Assembly (NCBI RefSeq): GCF_006345805.1 | Contig: NC_043003.1 | Location: 26,536,001-26,600,000, forward strand | Length of the DNA stretch: 64,000 nucleotides | Direction: 5' to 3' | From: Octopus sinensis | Taxonomy: Eukaryota | In this document: positions 24,385-38,734 of the stretch, in pieces | How positions within the stretch are numbered: the first letter of the stretch is position 1 | Layout of the letters: the number at the start of each line of letters is the position of its first letter | Notes under the pieces: generated by a model | The model's input: only the letters and a program-made list of their open reading frames with translations | The model's database searches: none | What the model was told of the DNA's origin: nothing | Translations under genes and position numbers: made by a program

Positions 24385-25698
24385 GTAAGCAGTGTTTTTT
24401 TTATTTTTTTAATTTTAATTCATTTAATATTAGGAAGGGCATCCAGCCATAAACACCTTGCCAAAACAGACAGTGAAGCTCAGTGCAGTCTTCTGGCTTG
24501 TCAGCACTTATCAAATTGTCCAATCCATACCAGCATGGCAAACAGATATTTAATGATGGTGATGATGATATATATATATATACTCACACACACATGATGG
24601 GCTTCTTTCAGTTTCCATCTACCAAATCCACTCATTGTGTTCACATAATGTTGTCTTGGACACACTTTGTTTCTAAAAAAGATTGATGGTTACTTTGCAC
24701 CCTGGGCCACATTATCCTATGTGTTCATCTGTTTTTCTAAGACAGTAAGGTTTGATTTGAGTGAAGTTTGGTTATTATTTCTAGAATACTGAACGATTAC
24801 ATGTAGGCTCCTTTGCTGGCTAGTCATCAGTCATAAAGTTGTAGAGCCCTGAGGAGGTATCTCTGATGTAGCTGCAGTTTTTAGCAGGAAAAGTGACCAT
24901 GTAGAGGCTCCCTTTATGCCTCTTCACCTATTATATTTATAACACACAGTTGAAATTGTATGTCAAATACCTCATAATGTTGTTGTTTAGCCCTGAACAG
25001 GTAGCTCTGATGTGGAATTAGCTGCAGTTTCTAGCAGGAAAAGTGACTGCATAGAGGCTCCATTGTTGCCTCATTACCAAATGTTATATATAACACATAC
25101 TTGAAATTGTATCTCAAATGCCTGACATTCTTTATAGGGGTCTGAAAGTACTTCAGCGCTGAGCAGTTGTTGACCCCTTTGTGAGGTACAAGTATGGCTA
25201 TCATTGCAATACTATACACATTTCTGGAATGGTGCAGTCAACATTAGAACACTGCACACATTTCTATAATGGTGCAGTCAACATTACAGTACTGCACACA
25301 TTACAAATTTTCTCTGGATCGCAGTGAAAAACAAGATCATACAACTACAACTCCTGGCCTTTTGCCAGCAAGATGTCAGGGCTATTCCTGGTTGCTCAAC
25401 TTGCTAAAAAGTGTAGCCAGAACTCCTCTGAATACATCCTTATGCTTTTGAGAAAATGTAAGGATACACTAGATAAAGTGTGTATGAATATAAGAAGGGC
25501 TGGTCATGCTTGGAGCACTTTTGATTGTAATTTAACTTGAATGGGCTGATCTGAGGTTAAACAGTAACAGCAAGAATCCCCTAACAGGCAGTTTAAGGGT
25601 CAAGCTTGTTTATCACTCCTCTTCCTACTGCAGCTGCTTTTATATGACATTCCAGCCATAACCATCCCAACTATATTTGCAGTAGTGTATGTCTAGAA

Positions 25699-25901
25699 CA
25701 GGGGTGGGCAAACTACGGCCCGCGGGCTGCATGCGGCCCGCCGAGAGGAATATTTCACAAAATTTCCTTTCAATCAATTGTGTGTTTATAGGTCTATAAC
25801 CGCCTTTAAAAATATTTTCACTTGATTTTTATAAATGAGGCCCGCCAAGGTTCCAAAGACGCACTGTGCGGCCCGCGATCAAAAAAGTTCGCCCACCCCT
25901 G
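25699..25901. mobile_element. hAT (Charlie-like) MITE with an 8-bp target-site duplication
   Basis: Termini CAGGGGTGGGCAAAC and GTTCGCCCACCCCTG; GTCTAGAA on both sides (25691-25698 and 25902-25909). Confidence 0.92.
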
Positions 25902-26299
25902 GTCTAGAACTACATTATCTGATGCGCCCTTTTTTTTTGCACTTGAGCATGGTTTGAAGGAGATTTGGCTATTATTTCTTGCAGGTTAGCTGACCATGTA
26001 GAGGCTCATTGTTGATGGTTGCAGTGATTGTGGTGATAGTGGTGGTGGTTGTGTTTGAGAATGAACCCTTTTCAAACAGACCTATGATTAAAGGCAGTCC
26101 AGTTGTGACCATCCTGTCTTTTAAGAGTAGTTAGACCTACATTATCTGATATGGTCTTTTATTTTTAAAGATTGTAAGATATAATTTGAAGGAGATTTGA
26201 CTGCTATTTCTAGCTAGCCATCATCTAGAGGCTCTTTATTTTTCTTTTTTTTTCTGACTTGTTTGTAGTTTTGTTGGTGTCCTAGAAGTATGGTTCTCC

Positions 26300-26566
26300 T
26301 GTTGATAACATCTTTTGTGTGTGTGTGTGTATGTGTATATCTTTGTATATGTGTGTGTGTGTGTGTATGTGTATATCTTTGTATATGTGTGTGTGTGTGT
26401 GTGTGTATACCTTTGTATGTGTGTATGTGGATGTCAGGTATACGTATGTGTATATGTCAACCTTTGTGTGTGTATATCTTTATGCATATACGTGTATGTC
26501 AGTGTGTGTATATCTTTGCATGTATATGTGTGTGTGCATGTGGACCTCAGTGTGTGTATACCTTTG

Positions 26567-26599
<33 letters not shown>

Positions 26600-28520
26600 T
26601 CGTGTGTTACCCTGTGTGTTATATGTGTACTCCAGTATACATACATACATGTATGTATGTGTGTGTGTGTATGCCTTTGTATGAGTGTATATGTGTACCA
26701 TAACAAGTGCATGCCTTTGTATATGTATATATATGTGTGTGTATGTACCTGTATATCTGTGCATGTGTGTGTGTGTGCATAGGTTATATAAGAACACTAA
26801 CAATACGACAATATTGATTGTCAGCAATGAATCACAATTGATTGGTTCTGCTACATCTCCACCACCATCACCATCACCATCCCTACCACCACCACCACCA
26901 CCATCATCATATCATCATCAGAAGTATAAATATTTTTTCGGCGTTCCTTTTTACAACATAGGAAGTGTATATAAATTGCTTTGTATTGGTGGGGGGTACT
27001 GGTGGGGGTGGGGGTGGTGGTATTTGTTAGGGATGTAATGGTGGTGGTTAGAGTACAGGCGGTAGTGTTCACAGAGGTAGAGGTGGTGGTGATGGTTTTT
27101 GTTATTAGTAAAGCTAGTAAAGTAATAGGTGTAAAAGTAGTATTAGTGAGTATAGTAGTAGTAGTAGTAATAGCAGCAGCAGTAGTAGTAGTAGTAGCCA
27201 TAGCGGAGGTGGTTGTGTTTATGTTTGTAGCGGTTGTTTCTGTAGAAGTTTGTGTGAGTGGTTGTAGTGGTATAGGTGGTTGTAGCAGTGGTGAAGGGAA
27301 GATGATTACGGTGCTTGTCGTGGGTGTAGAATGTAGTGGGGAGAGATAATTACAGTGGTGGAGGTGATTGCAGTAAATCAAGGTTGTTGTATTGGTGGTA
27401 GTTGCAGTAGTGGTGTTGATGATTATAGCATTGGTGGTGGTGTTGGAGTAGGTTGCAATGTTGGTTGTTGTTGATGTTGTTGTTGTGGAGGTGGTTGTAG
27501 TAGTGGAGGTAGTTTGATTGGTTGTTGTAGTAGTGGAGGTAGTTTGATTGGTTGTTGTATTAGTGGAGTTAGTTTGAGTGGTTGTTGTAGTAGTGGAGTT
27601 AGTTTGAGTGGTTGTTGTAGTAGTGGAGTTAGTTTGAGTAGTTGTTGTGATAGTGAAAGTAGCTTGAGTGGTTGTTGTAGTAGTGGAGGTAGCTTGAGTG
27701 GTTGTTGTAGTAGTGAAGTTAGTTTGAGTGGTTGTTGTAGTAGTGGGGGTAGCTTGAGTGGTTGTTGTAGTAGTGGAGGTTGTTGTGGTAGTTGTGGAGA
27801 TTGCAGTGACCCAGTTAGTGGTAGCGGTGTTGGAGGTAGTTTTGGTGATGATGGCATTTGTAGTGTTGGTGGAAGTTGGTGTGGCAACGGAGATAGTCAT
27901 AAAAGTATAGGTGGTTGTTGCAGTAGTGGTGGTGGTGTAGTAGAGATTCTTGTATAGGTTGATGTAGTGGTTGAGATTGTGAAATTGTATTGTTATAACA
28001 ATTGCATTGATTTGTTATTGAGATAGTCGTAGTAGTAGTAGTAATGAGGTACTAATGACAAAGTAGTAGCAGTGGTGGTGGTGGTGATTGTTATAGTTAG
28101 TATTTGATGGTATGGTGATAGTTATTGCTGTTGCTATTGTGCTACTAATGATAGGGTATAGTATTGGGAGTAGTTATGATGGTGGTGGTACTGGCTGTGT
28201 GTGTGTGTGTGTGTGTGTGTTATGTTGATGATGATGGGTTTTTTGGTATATGTAAATGTCAGTATTTGATCTATGTAGTGCCTGTGTGTATATATATATA
28301 TGTGTATATATGTACATGCACATGTGTGTATGTATATTAAATACAGAATGTGTCGAATGTCAATATTTCTTATGTAAGGGTGTATGTATAAAATATTTGT
28401 CTGTGTGTGTATGCATATATATATTATATATATATATATATATATATTTGTGCATGTGTATATGTGGATATATACATTCTATACTATATACATGTGTGTT
28501 TGTATATATTCATGCATACA
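26300..28520. repeat. Compound microsatellite field ((TG/TA)n, (GTA/GTG/GTT)n) including a 30-bp tandem at about 27490-27790
   Basis: Repeated AGTTTGAGTGGTTGTTGTAGTAGTGGAGTT-type units. Confidence 0.9.
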
Positions 28521-30093
28521 CAGTTGAAATGTTTTTAAATACATAAAGCCAATAGTCATTGAATAAAGAACATTTATAACATCTAATATTTATGGTAAAT
28601 TTTCGACAGTAACTTCAAAGTTTTCCCGATGGTAGTTTATTCTTTATTCAAACTTTGAAGTTAAGGGTAGCATAATGGTCTCTACTTCACTTAGGAATCA
28701 GGTACTACTTACCATACCCATTAAAACTGGTAAATTCATCATAGATATGAAGCTCATTCAGTGATATAGCGAAGGATCTTGATGAGGGTAACCAATGTTT
28801 CTGTTCCCTGTGATGAAATGTTTTAGCAATTGTTCTGAGATAGCATTACACATTCTACAGTTAGTTGTGTCCTGATATGTATTGAGCATGTGAAAAGATA
28901 ATGAGGGAATGACAAAAATAGGGCCCAAAATCAAACAGTATTTCACCCATATACAGCCTGTGTTTTTATTTTACATTTCCATCTAAGAAATATATCATTT
29001 CTTTCTTTCTAGCCCTTCCACACTCTACCCTTACTAGCTGTTAAACTTAGTTGCTGTTTGAATTCGTTCACCTCCCCTTTCCACTCTCTTTCTTCACCTA
29101 AGTGCTTTTTATTTGCTTTCACACTTCTCTCTAATAAACACTACATTTTCATGGTGAGAAGTTGTACTTATAAATTTATTGATAATTTTATTAACTGGAA
29201 CTGATTTTCTTTATATAATTATGCTGTTGCAATATAATTATATAATCTAACTAATTTGTTTTGAAATCTAATAATACATATTCAGAATCAAAGACTAAAC
29301 CAGATTTAAGTGCCCAAAGTTTACATATTTCTTTTTGAGTAATACTTTTGTCAGACAAGGAAGTTTTTGCATAGTGTACTCTCTGACAATAGCCACTATA
29401 CACAACACAGTTTCTGTTACCCTGCAATTTATGTTGATATTTCAGAGAGTAATAATCTAAGTGAAGGCACTCAGCCTATTGTTAAGAACTTTGGTTCTCA
29501 GTCTTTTTAATATCTGGGTTTTTTAGAAGCCACACTCCCAAAGAAATAAACACAAGTCAGTTAAAGAACAATTTTTTGTATTTATGGAGGGAAGACCATC
29601 AGGGGCCACTGGAAGGATGTTTGAAGGCCATATGCATCTTTAGGATCCATGGTTGAGAACTGCTAGTTTAGAGTGTTCAGCTCATGATCACAATGTTGCG
29701 GGTTCAATTTCTGAACCAAGAAGTGTATTCTGTCTGTGACCAATGTACTTCATTTTATGTTGATCCAGTCCGCTCAGCTATTAAAAGTTCTAACTGGGTG
29801 CTGATGCTGTTCCTCCTCTTTATTCTCTTAGATGTGCTTCTAGCTCAAGGGTGAGAGGGCCGAGAGAGTATCTGTGTTTGCTTGTGATTACACAGGCACC
29901 TAAAATAATTAGTGAAAGCATGTTACATATTGCCAAGTCTTACTCATATGTAGGTGACAGCTGGCTCTGAAATAATCTGACTCTACTTTATGATACTGGG
30001 CTTTAAGAAACTGGACTTTAGAAGGAGGTTAGAAGCTGGTGCTTCAGTGATGAAGAGTAGGTTTATATACATATATACATATAGGTATGTATG

Positions 30094-30128
<35 letters not shown>

Positions 30129-31033
30129 TTGTATACATATGTTGTGAGTCATGGGTCAGAGCAAGTAATAAGCCAAGGGAGCTGGGTCCGGACTATATGC
30201 TGGGTGTTGCATCAGTTCAATCCCATTAAGTTCCTGCAGTTTATTCCGGGTCATTCAAGCAGTATGAGGTTTTGCAATGCCTTGGTGCAAAAGAGCCCAC
30301 TTTCTTTTAGCACCATTCAAGTGTGGTTGATGCCAGTGCCACCTCACTGGCTACAGTGCAGGTGGCACATAAAAAGCACCATTCAAACTTGGTCAATGCC
30401 AGTGCCGCCTTACTGGAATGATAAAAAGCCCCCACTACACTCTCAGAGTGGTTGATGTTAGGAAGGGCATCCAGCTGTAGAAACTTTGCCAGATCAGATT
30501 GGAGCCTGGTGCAGCCTCCTGGCTGGCCAGTCCTCAGTCAAACCATCCTACCCATGCCAGCATAGAAAGCAGACGTTAAACAATGATGATGATGATATAT
30601 ATAAATAATTGTTAAAGAGGACAATAAATGTTAAAGCAAGACAAACATCTCATGTCATATACATTATTGTTATTGGAAAAAATTCAAAGTCTTACAGTTG
30701 TCTCTGGGATATCCCAGAGTATGGGAAGACAAATAGGGATATTCCAATGACAGAATATCCCATACTCTTGGATATCTCAGAAATAGCTGTAAGACTTTGA
30801 ATTTTTTCCAATAATAATAATATATATGACTTGAGATGTTTGCCTTAACGTTTGTTGTCCTTTTTAACAATTATATATCTGCTATATCGGAAATCCGCAA
30901 TGGCTCTATAACTGCCCTTTCAGCTATAACCTTGGAGCCCTAGTAATCTGTTATAGCACTTACCTAGAGGACCTAGCCATTTTGATCATCTGTGAACTAA
31001 ACCCTCAAATTTTGTGTGTGTGTATATATATAT

Positions 31034-31310
31034 CATCATCATCATCGTTTAACGTCCGTTTTCCGCGCTAGCACGAGTTGGACGGTTCGACCGGGGTCTG
31101 GGAAGCCAGGGGCTGCTCCAGGCTCCAGTCTGATCTGGCAGAGTTTCTACAGCTGGATGCCCTTCCTAACGCCAACCACTCCGTGAGTGTAGTGGGTGCT
31201 TTTTACGTGCCACCCGCACAGGTGCCAGGCGAGGCTGGCAACGGCCACGGTCGGATTGGTGCAATTTACGTGCCACCGGCACGGAAGCCCCTCGAGGCGG
31301 GGCTGGCATC
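31034..31310 (-). mobile_element. RTE 3'-end fragment between (TA)n tracts
   Basis: Highly similar to 4708-4900. Confidence 0.85.
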
Positions 31311-31734
31311 TATATATATATATATAGAGAGAGATATATAGATAGGTAGATAGATATGGTGTGTTGTGTGAATTAATGAAAGGAATCCCATAAAGCTCAA
31401 CAAAATTTGTTAAAAATGGAGAAGAGACGATGTTTAAATGTAAGAGAATTTTAATTCATGCAGACAACCGTTTTGATCAGCGATATTAAAATCATTCATA
31501 TTGGTGGTTGAATAGAAATAATTAAATTAATTTGATTAGATCAAATTAATTATATATCACTGTTCTCTTCAGTGCAAGAAGAATAAACAAAAAATTTTAC
31601 AAAGGACTTGATAAAGGAAATAGCAGAGTATAATTTCGTATATTCATATTTATCTTTATGAGAAAGGAAGAAGAAATGTGGGTATAATTAGGTATAAACT
31701 AAAACCTAAGGTCACTAACGGTTATTTGAAAATC

Positions 31735-32400
31735 ATCATCATCATCATCATCATCATTTAGCGTCCGTTTTCCATGCTAGCATGGGTTGGACAGTTCAAC
31801 TGGGGTCTGTGAAGCCGGAAGGCTTCATCAGGCCCAGTCAGATCTGGCAGTGTTTCTACGGCTGGATGCCCTTCCTAACGCCAACCACTCCGTGAGTGTA
31901 GTGGGTGCTTTTTATGTGCCACCTGCACAGGTGCCAGACAGAGCTGGCAAACGGCCACAAACGGATGGTGCTTTTATGTGCCACCAGCACGGGGGCCAGG
32001 CGAGGCTGGCAACGGACACGAATGGATGGTGCTTTTACGTGCCACCGGCACGGGGGCCAGGCGAGGCTGGCTGAAAAAGGTTTTATGAGATGTTCTCTCT
32101 ATAGAAGAGTAAGGAGATAAGTAATTCTAACTCTAAATAAGTCATCATCATCATCATCATCATTGTTTAACGTTCGTTTTTCATGCTAGCATGGGTTGGA
32201 TGGTTCGATTGGGGTCTGGGAAGCCAGGTGGCTGCACCAGGCTCCAGTCTGATCTGGCAGCGTTTCTACAGCTGGATGTCCATCCTAATGCCAACCACTC
32301 CATGAGTGTAGTGGGTGCTTTTTATGTGCCACTGGCACAGGGGCCAAAGGAGGCTGGCAATGGCCATGGTCAATTGGTGCTTTTTATGTGCCACGTAAAA
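31735..32400 (-). mobile_element. Two adjacent RTE 3'-end fragments
   Basis: (CAT)n-led copies at about 31735 and 32145. Confidence 0.8.
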
Positions 32401-33176
32401 AAAATTGTATAGAAATGTCCATTGGAAAAGCATAGCTATATTTGAATTAGGATATGACTTGACAGTTAGAAAAAAACCCCTCATTGCTTGATTTTGACGA
32501 TTCCTTAAAAAAAGGTCACTCTTCCATTTGTACTCATTAACCCCACTTTTCTTACCATATTTCACAAATGACTGAGATATCTGGCATCTTGACAAAGGAC
32601 CAAGATATTTGGCACCTTAATGAAAGACTGAATTTGGCCCCTTCCTGTAGTCAAGAAGATCTGTCCACCACAGCAGGGTTGATACCAGTGTTGGTACCAC
32701 ATAAAAAGCACCCAGTACACTTTGTGGAGTGGTTGGCATTAGGAAGAACATCCAGCTGTAAAAACCATGCCAGATACAGACAAAGGAGCTTGAAGCAGCC
32801 CTTGGTCTTACCAGCTCAGGTCAAATTGTCCAACCCATGCCAGCATGGAAAATGGACATTAAATGATGACGCTGACAATGATGATTTCTGTTGAAAATCC
32901 ACTGCCTTGGTTTCTATTAATTTTACTAATAATGAAGAATTTAGTAAAATAAATCTGTCGTCATTAAGTGATGTTTTTGAACATAAATTAGCATGAGATT
33001 CTGCTAGGAGGTTTTAATTAAGACCATTTTAAAGTAAAAAGTTTGTATCATGAAACAGGGGCAGCCTCAGGGCAGTTTGGTATAAAAAGGACTAATGAAG
33101 GCTTATTGTATACTCACAAAAATACTATGCATTTATATGTGTGTGTGCAAGCTCTTATAAATATTTGCATTCGTAA

Positions 33177-33216
<40 letters not shown>

Positions 33217-33839
33217 TTCAGAAGACAAAAAGCCAAGATTGTATCAGTGACCAAACAGTCACAGTATTGTTGTAAATAGCTGCATCAATATTGGTCTAGC
33301 GGTGCCAAGTTGGTTAGCAGTGGTGCACTGCTGTTTCATGTCAGTAGATGGCAAAGAAATTGATCTAATTTTTAGTGGGGTGGTAGTGGTAAGAAGTGTT
33401 TGTAGTAATAGTAGCAATAGTAGTATTAGTAGTAGTAGTAGTAGTTGATTAGCTTGAGGTCAACCTTATCTAGCAGATATGATTAAAGATGTAGCTCTCT
33501 ATGTTCAGTTACCGTGCATCACGGACTTTATTTATTATCCAGTGTGTACTTCTTTTTTTAAGGCAGTGGAGTGTGATTTGAAGTAGATTTGGTTGCTATT
33601 TCTGGCAACATTGCTGTAAATAAGAATATTTTCTACTCTAGGTACAAGGCCCGAAATTTTGGGGGAGGGGGCCTGTCGATTAGATCGACCCCGAAAGAAT
33701 GAAAGGCAAAGTCCACCTTGGTGGAATTAGAACTTCAAGCATAAAGACAGATGAAATACTGCTAAGCATTTCGCCGGGCGTGCTAACGTTTCTGCCATTT
33801 CACCGCCAGTGAGTTACATTCAGTTGCATAGAGGTAACC

Positions 33840-34550
33840 AAGTAAGGTACTGTCAACCTAGCTATAAGTAGGTACCATAATGTGATACTGTTGACCTAGA
33901 TGTAAGTACGTATCATAATGAGATACTGTCAACCTTACTATAGGTAGGTACCGCAGTGAGGTACTGTTGACCTAGCTGTAAGAAGGTACTTCTAAGTTAC
34001 TATCAAACTAGGTGTATGTACCATAATGAGATATTGTCAACCTTACTATAAATAGGTGTCACAGTGAAGCACTGTCAACCTATGTTTATATAGGTACCTC
34101 AATAAGTTACTGTCAAACTAGATGTATGTACCATGAGATATTGTCAACCTTACTATAAACAGGCACCACAGTAAGATATTGTCAACCTACATTTATGTAG
34201 GTACCTCAATAAGTTACTGCTAAACTAGGTGTATGTACCATTATGAGATATTGTCAACCTTACTATAAATAAGTACCACAGTGAGATATGGTCAACCTGT
34301 AAATATGTAGGTACCTCAATAAGTTACTGTCAACCTGGGAGTACAGTCAGCCTAAGCATAAGTAGGTACCACAGTGAGGTGCATTACACCTAATTGTAGA
34401 TATCACAGTGAAGTACAATCAGTCTAGTTGTATGTAGGTACCACAGTGAGGTACAGTGGATAAGTAGGTATCCCAGTAAGGCATAGTTAACCTAAATGTA
34501 AGTAGGTACCACAGATACAGTCAACCTAATTGTAAGGAGGTACTATGAGG
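33840..34550. repeat. Degenerate minisatellite (about 38 bp) with a higher-order unit of about 110 bp
   Basis: Cyclic variants GGTACCTCAATAAGTTACTGTCAAACTAG / CCATAATGAGATATTGTCAACCTTACTATAAA / GTACCACAGTGAGATATTGTCAACCTA. Confidence 0.8.
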
Positions 34551-35235
34551 CTGTGCAGTCAGTCTAGCTCTGTTTTGGTATTACAATAAGTTGATGTAGT
34601 TGTTTAGCTCCAGGTCAGCCCTGGTCCAGAAACCTATGATGAGTTGTTCCAGCCATGACCATTCCAACTTTTATCCAGACATATTGTATCTAGGACAATA
34701 TTATCTCACGTGTTCAGGTGAGGGTGTCAGTTGGTTACATTGACCCTAGTGCTCAACTGGTACTTATTTTTATTGACCCCGAAAGGATGAAAGGCGAAGT
34801 TGACCTTGGAGGGATTTGAACTCGGAACTTAAATATCGAAAGAAACGCTGCTGAGCATTTTGTTTGACATGTTAACAATACTGCCAACTTGCCTCCCCCC
34901 TTCTCCTCCTTAACAACAACAACAACAACAACAACAACAATAATAATCCTTTCTACTGGAGGCGCAAGGCCTCAAATTTGTGGGGGTGGGGACAAGTCGA
35001 TTACATCGATCCCAGTTTTTCACTGGTACTTAATTTATTGACTCCAAAAAGGATGAAAAGCAAAGTCGACCCCAGTGTAATTTGAACTCAGAATGTAGCT
35101 AAGCATTTTGTCCAATGCGCTAATGATTTTGCCAGCTTGCTGCCTTGATGATGATAATAATAATAATAATAATGATAATAATAATAATATGAATAATTAC
35201 AATAATAATGGTTTAATGGTATCTTAATTCTTCAG

Positions 35236-35333
35236 GTGTGGATAATTCGAATTGATCTCCATGTTTTGAATCACGATGGCAATTTGATTGATTCTGCGAG
35301 TATTGCAGCTATAACGTCTCTTGCACACTTCAG
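35236..35333 (+). CDS. EXOSC9: RRP45 coding exon, 98 nt
   Basis: ttcttcag|GTG...TTC AG|gtatgt; VWIIRIDLHVLNHDGNLIDSASIAAITSLAHF(R), RNase PH domain. Confidence 0.95.
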
Positions 35334-36174
35334 GTATGTATTTCATGAACTGTCCATCAAACAGTGTACACAATTCCAGACAAACACACATATACCATCA
35401 TTATTGTTTTAACGTCCTCTTTTTCATGCCTGCATTGGTCAGACAGAATATCTATGGCTGGATCTCTTTCCTGTTGCTAACCCTCCCTTCTTCCCAAGTT
35501 AAGTAATGTTTCTCCATAACTGGACGTGTGTTCCATGGAAAATTGAAAATGAACAACACTGCTTGTGTTATGGTGGTTTCCAGTTGCACTGTGCTACCAG
35601 GAGAAAGACACACATATACGTGTAACAGGCTTCTTTCAGTTTCCTTCTACCAGATCCACTTATAAGGGTTTGGTTGATCTCTTGCTATAGTAGAAAACAC
35701 TTGTGTTAGGTGTCACACAGTGAAATTGAACCCAAGACCATGTGGTTGGGAAGCACACTCTTTATCTATGCAGCTTAATTGTAGTCATGGTCTACCTGCC
35801 AGTGTCACATAACTGGCACCCATGCTGGTGGAACGTAAAAAGTGCCCTTCAAACATTGGGCCCCATGGAGGCAATAACAAATGACCGAAACTTTTGGTAA
35901 GCTGCCATGCTTGAGAAGAAGCATCATGCCAAGTGAAATTGTAGTCGTGGTTGATGCTAGTGGCATGTAAAAAGCATCCGTTACACTCTTGGAGTGGTTG
36001 GCATTAGGAAGGGCATCCAGCCGTAGAAACCATCCCAAATCAGATTGGAATCTGGTGCAGCTCTCCAGCTTACCAGTGTTAGTTAAACTGTCTTAACCCA
36101 TGCCAGCATGAAAAGCAGATGCTAAATGATGATGATGATGATGATGATGAGCTTGCATTGGCCTATATATATAG

Positions 36175-36350
36175 AACTGGCAGGCAAGTTGAAAGTCATT
36201 TGAAGTTGGCTGTCGGGGTTTTGTGGGGTGTTTGCAATACAATGATCTGACCGAGCTTGGAGTCACTGGTGCAGCAAAGAGGAGGACCGTAAATACCATT
36301 ATTAGAGCTTCAGAGAAGACCACTTGGTGGAAGATATGTACTTACTCAAG
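36175..36350 (+). mobile_element. C-terminal fragment of a restriction-like-endonuclease non-LTR element (HERO-like)
   Basis: FEVGCRGFVG..ELGVTGAAKRRTVNTIIRASEKTTWW. Confidence 0.65.
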
Positions 36351-37069
36351 AAGGCCCATCCTCCACAGCAGAAGTGTTAAGGCTGCTCCCCTTGGCAAAG
36401 AGGACTGGCCTGTACGAGACCTGTGCTGGTGCTATGTAAAAAGTACTTGTGCCGTTTCTATGTAAGAGTGCTTGTGCAGTGCCCCATGAAAGCACCCAGC
36501 ACACTCTGTAAAGTGGTTGGTATTAGTAAGGGCACCCAGCTCCAGAAACCAAGCCAAATCAGAGTGCCAGCTCTGGTCAAACCACCCAACCCTTGCCAGC
36601 ATGGAAAACGGATGTTAAATGATGATGACAATGATGATGATGATGAGTAGACTGGCAGTTTGCTGCTACTGGGATATAAAATAGGATGTCATCAACCCTG
36701 GTTGGGGGCAACTGGGTGAGGAAGGTCTGATTTTGAAAGTCCTGAAAACCCCACATGACCTCAGAAACATCACTGTTGATGCCTCCCAGAGCATCTATAA
36801 AATATATCTTGGAGCTATATGACTGGCTTTGTAGAGTTGTAGAGTTTCTATTTATGAAATTCACTCATCAAAACGCAGTGGTAGACCTGAGGCCACACAG
36901 AGTATATTTGCTCATAGTGCTGCATGGTTGGACTGAATCCAAAATTACATGGTTGAGAAATGAACTTCTTAATCATACAGACATACCTGCACCTATATAG
37001 ATGTGCTGTAGATTATTCAGAGCCTTAGAAATAGCATACTAATGCCTGAGCATCTAATAAAATGTTATT

Positions 37070-37445
37070 CAGGTGTGGCTGTGTGGTAAGAAGCTTACTT
37101 TCGAATCACATGGTTCTGGGTTCAGTCTCACTGGGGGCACCTTGGGCAAGTGTCTTCTTCTATAGCCTTGTGCCGACCGAAGCCTTGTGAGTGGATTTGG
37201 TAGATGGAAACTGAAAGAAGCCCATTGTATATATGTATATGTTTGTGTGTCTGTGTTTGTCCTCCCACCATCGCTCAACAACCGATGTTGGTGTGTTTAC
37301 ATCCCCGTAACTTAGCGGTTCAGCAAAAGAAACCAATAGAATAAGTATTAGGCTTACAAAGAATAAGTCTTGGGTTGATTTGTTCGACTAAAGGCGATGC
37401 TCTAGCATGGCTGCAGTCAAATGGCTAAAACAAGTAAAAGAATAA
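37070..37445 (+). mobile_element. SINE family A, diverged
   Basis: Co-linear with 10861-11250. Confidence 0.85.
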
Positions 37446-38592
37446 GTAGGATTAACACAACTTTTTAGAACAGATTTGTTATTTTAATATTAATTTTGAA
37501 GTGTGTCAATAATTTTATTTATTTATCCAAGGAAATGAAATGTTTTTGTATGTAATTATATACAGGTTCTGATTCAAACAGTGACAACATACTTGTGATG
37601 CGTCTATATTGTAATATAAGTGTTGTAAAAAATGAACATCTGATATATATATATATAGTACAAACAACAGATATAGAACTCAATATGTTGGGTAGAGCAG
37701 GTATCATGTCAATCTTGATCAGCTGAAGGCATAAAATCAGAGCATAAATTTCACACAAACTCATACTTTAGGAATTTAGTTGCTTATTGCTACAAGGGAG
37801 ATAATTCTGTTAAGCAGTCTTTCAGAAATAACTAAGAAGTATATACGGATGATATTCTTGGGTACATATAAACTGTGGCGATAAATCTTTGTACGCGTAT
37901 CCATACCATTTCAGAAAAATGTGTATGTTCTTGAACAAAATGTTGTTGCTCTTGTTGTGTAAATCCTAGCTAAACCTGATAAAGGAGACCTGTTGTCCAG
38001 TTTTGATCGTCACATCTCTTATTGAAACATAGTGTATATAGGATTACATTGTATTTTTCCATTTTTTAAATAGTAGAATGTGATTAGAGGGAGGTTTGGC
38101 TGCTATTCCTTGCAGGTAAGATAGGGAGTTTGTTCCTTCTAAAGTTGATTTTTTTTTTCTATGGAGTTTGTGATTCAGTTATGGGTTCACCCTTTCGATA
38201 CTGACCCACAGTATTTAAATTAAACTTTTATGACATCATTTCTGTTGTTGGTGCTATTGTGATTCCGCCTGGGGTAACACTCTATAGACTTGCTGATAAG
38301 TGAGTTGAGATGTGGTGGTGAGGGTCAAGAGGACCTATTAGTCTGGTCCAGGGCGTCACAATCATAGGCATGCATACAGTGCACTCTGTAAATTGGTTGA
38401 TATTAGGAAGGACATCCAATTCTTCAAACCAGGTGAAATAAAACGAAATGTATGAGTGAGGTTTGGTCCTTTGACCCATCTAAGATCCCAGTAATGCCCT
38501 ATTCCAGCCCATGCCAACATGGAACATGAACATTAAATGACGATGACAACAACGATGATGATGATGGTGATATCTTCTTTGTTTCTTTGCAG

Positions 38593-38632
38593 ACGTCCAG
38601 ACGTTGAAGTGAGTGGGGACGAAGTCACTGTG
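38593..38632 (+). CDS. EXOSC9: RRP45 coding exon, 40 nt
   Basis: tttctttgcag|A...ACT GTG|gtaaga; RPDVEVSGDEVTV (RRPD motif). Confidence 0.93.
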
Positions 38633-38734
38633 GTAAGATTTGTATTTTTTTATATCCATGGTTCTATGGTCAAGAATTTTGCTTCCCAACCACATGGTTT
38701 GGGGTTCAGTCCCCACTGCATGGCACCTTGGGTA

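Noticed and set aside
26851-27900. 349-aa Thr-rich mucin-like ORF on the - strand
   Set aside because: It is entirely trinucleotide and 30-bp repeat, which is open in several frames. There is no signal peptide or splice context, and it lies in an EXOSC9 intron.
28758-28946. CRMC...H motif resembling a retroelement zinc knuckle
   Set aside because: Too short, and no flanking retroelement motifs are visible.
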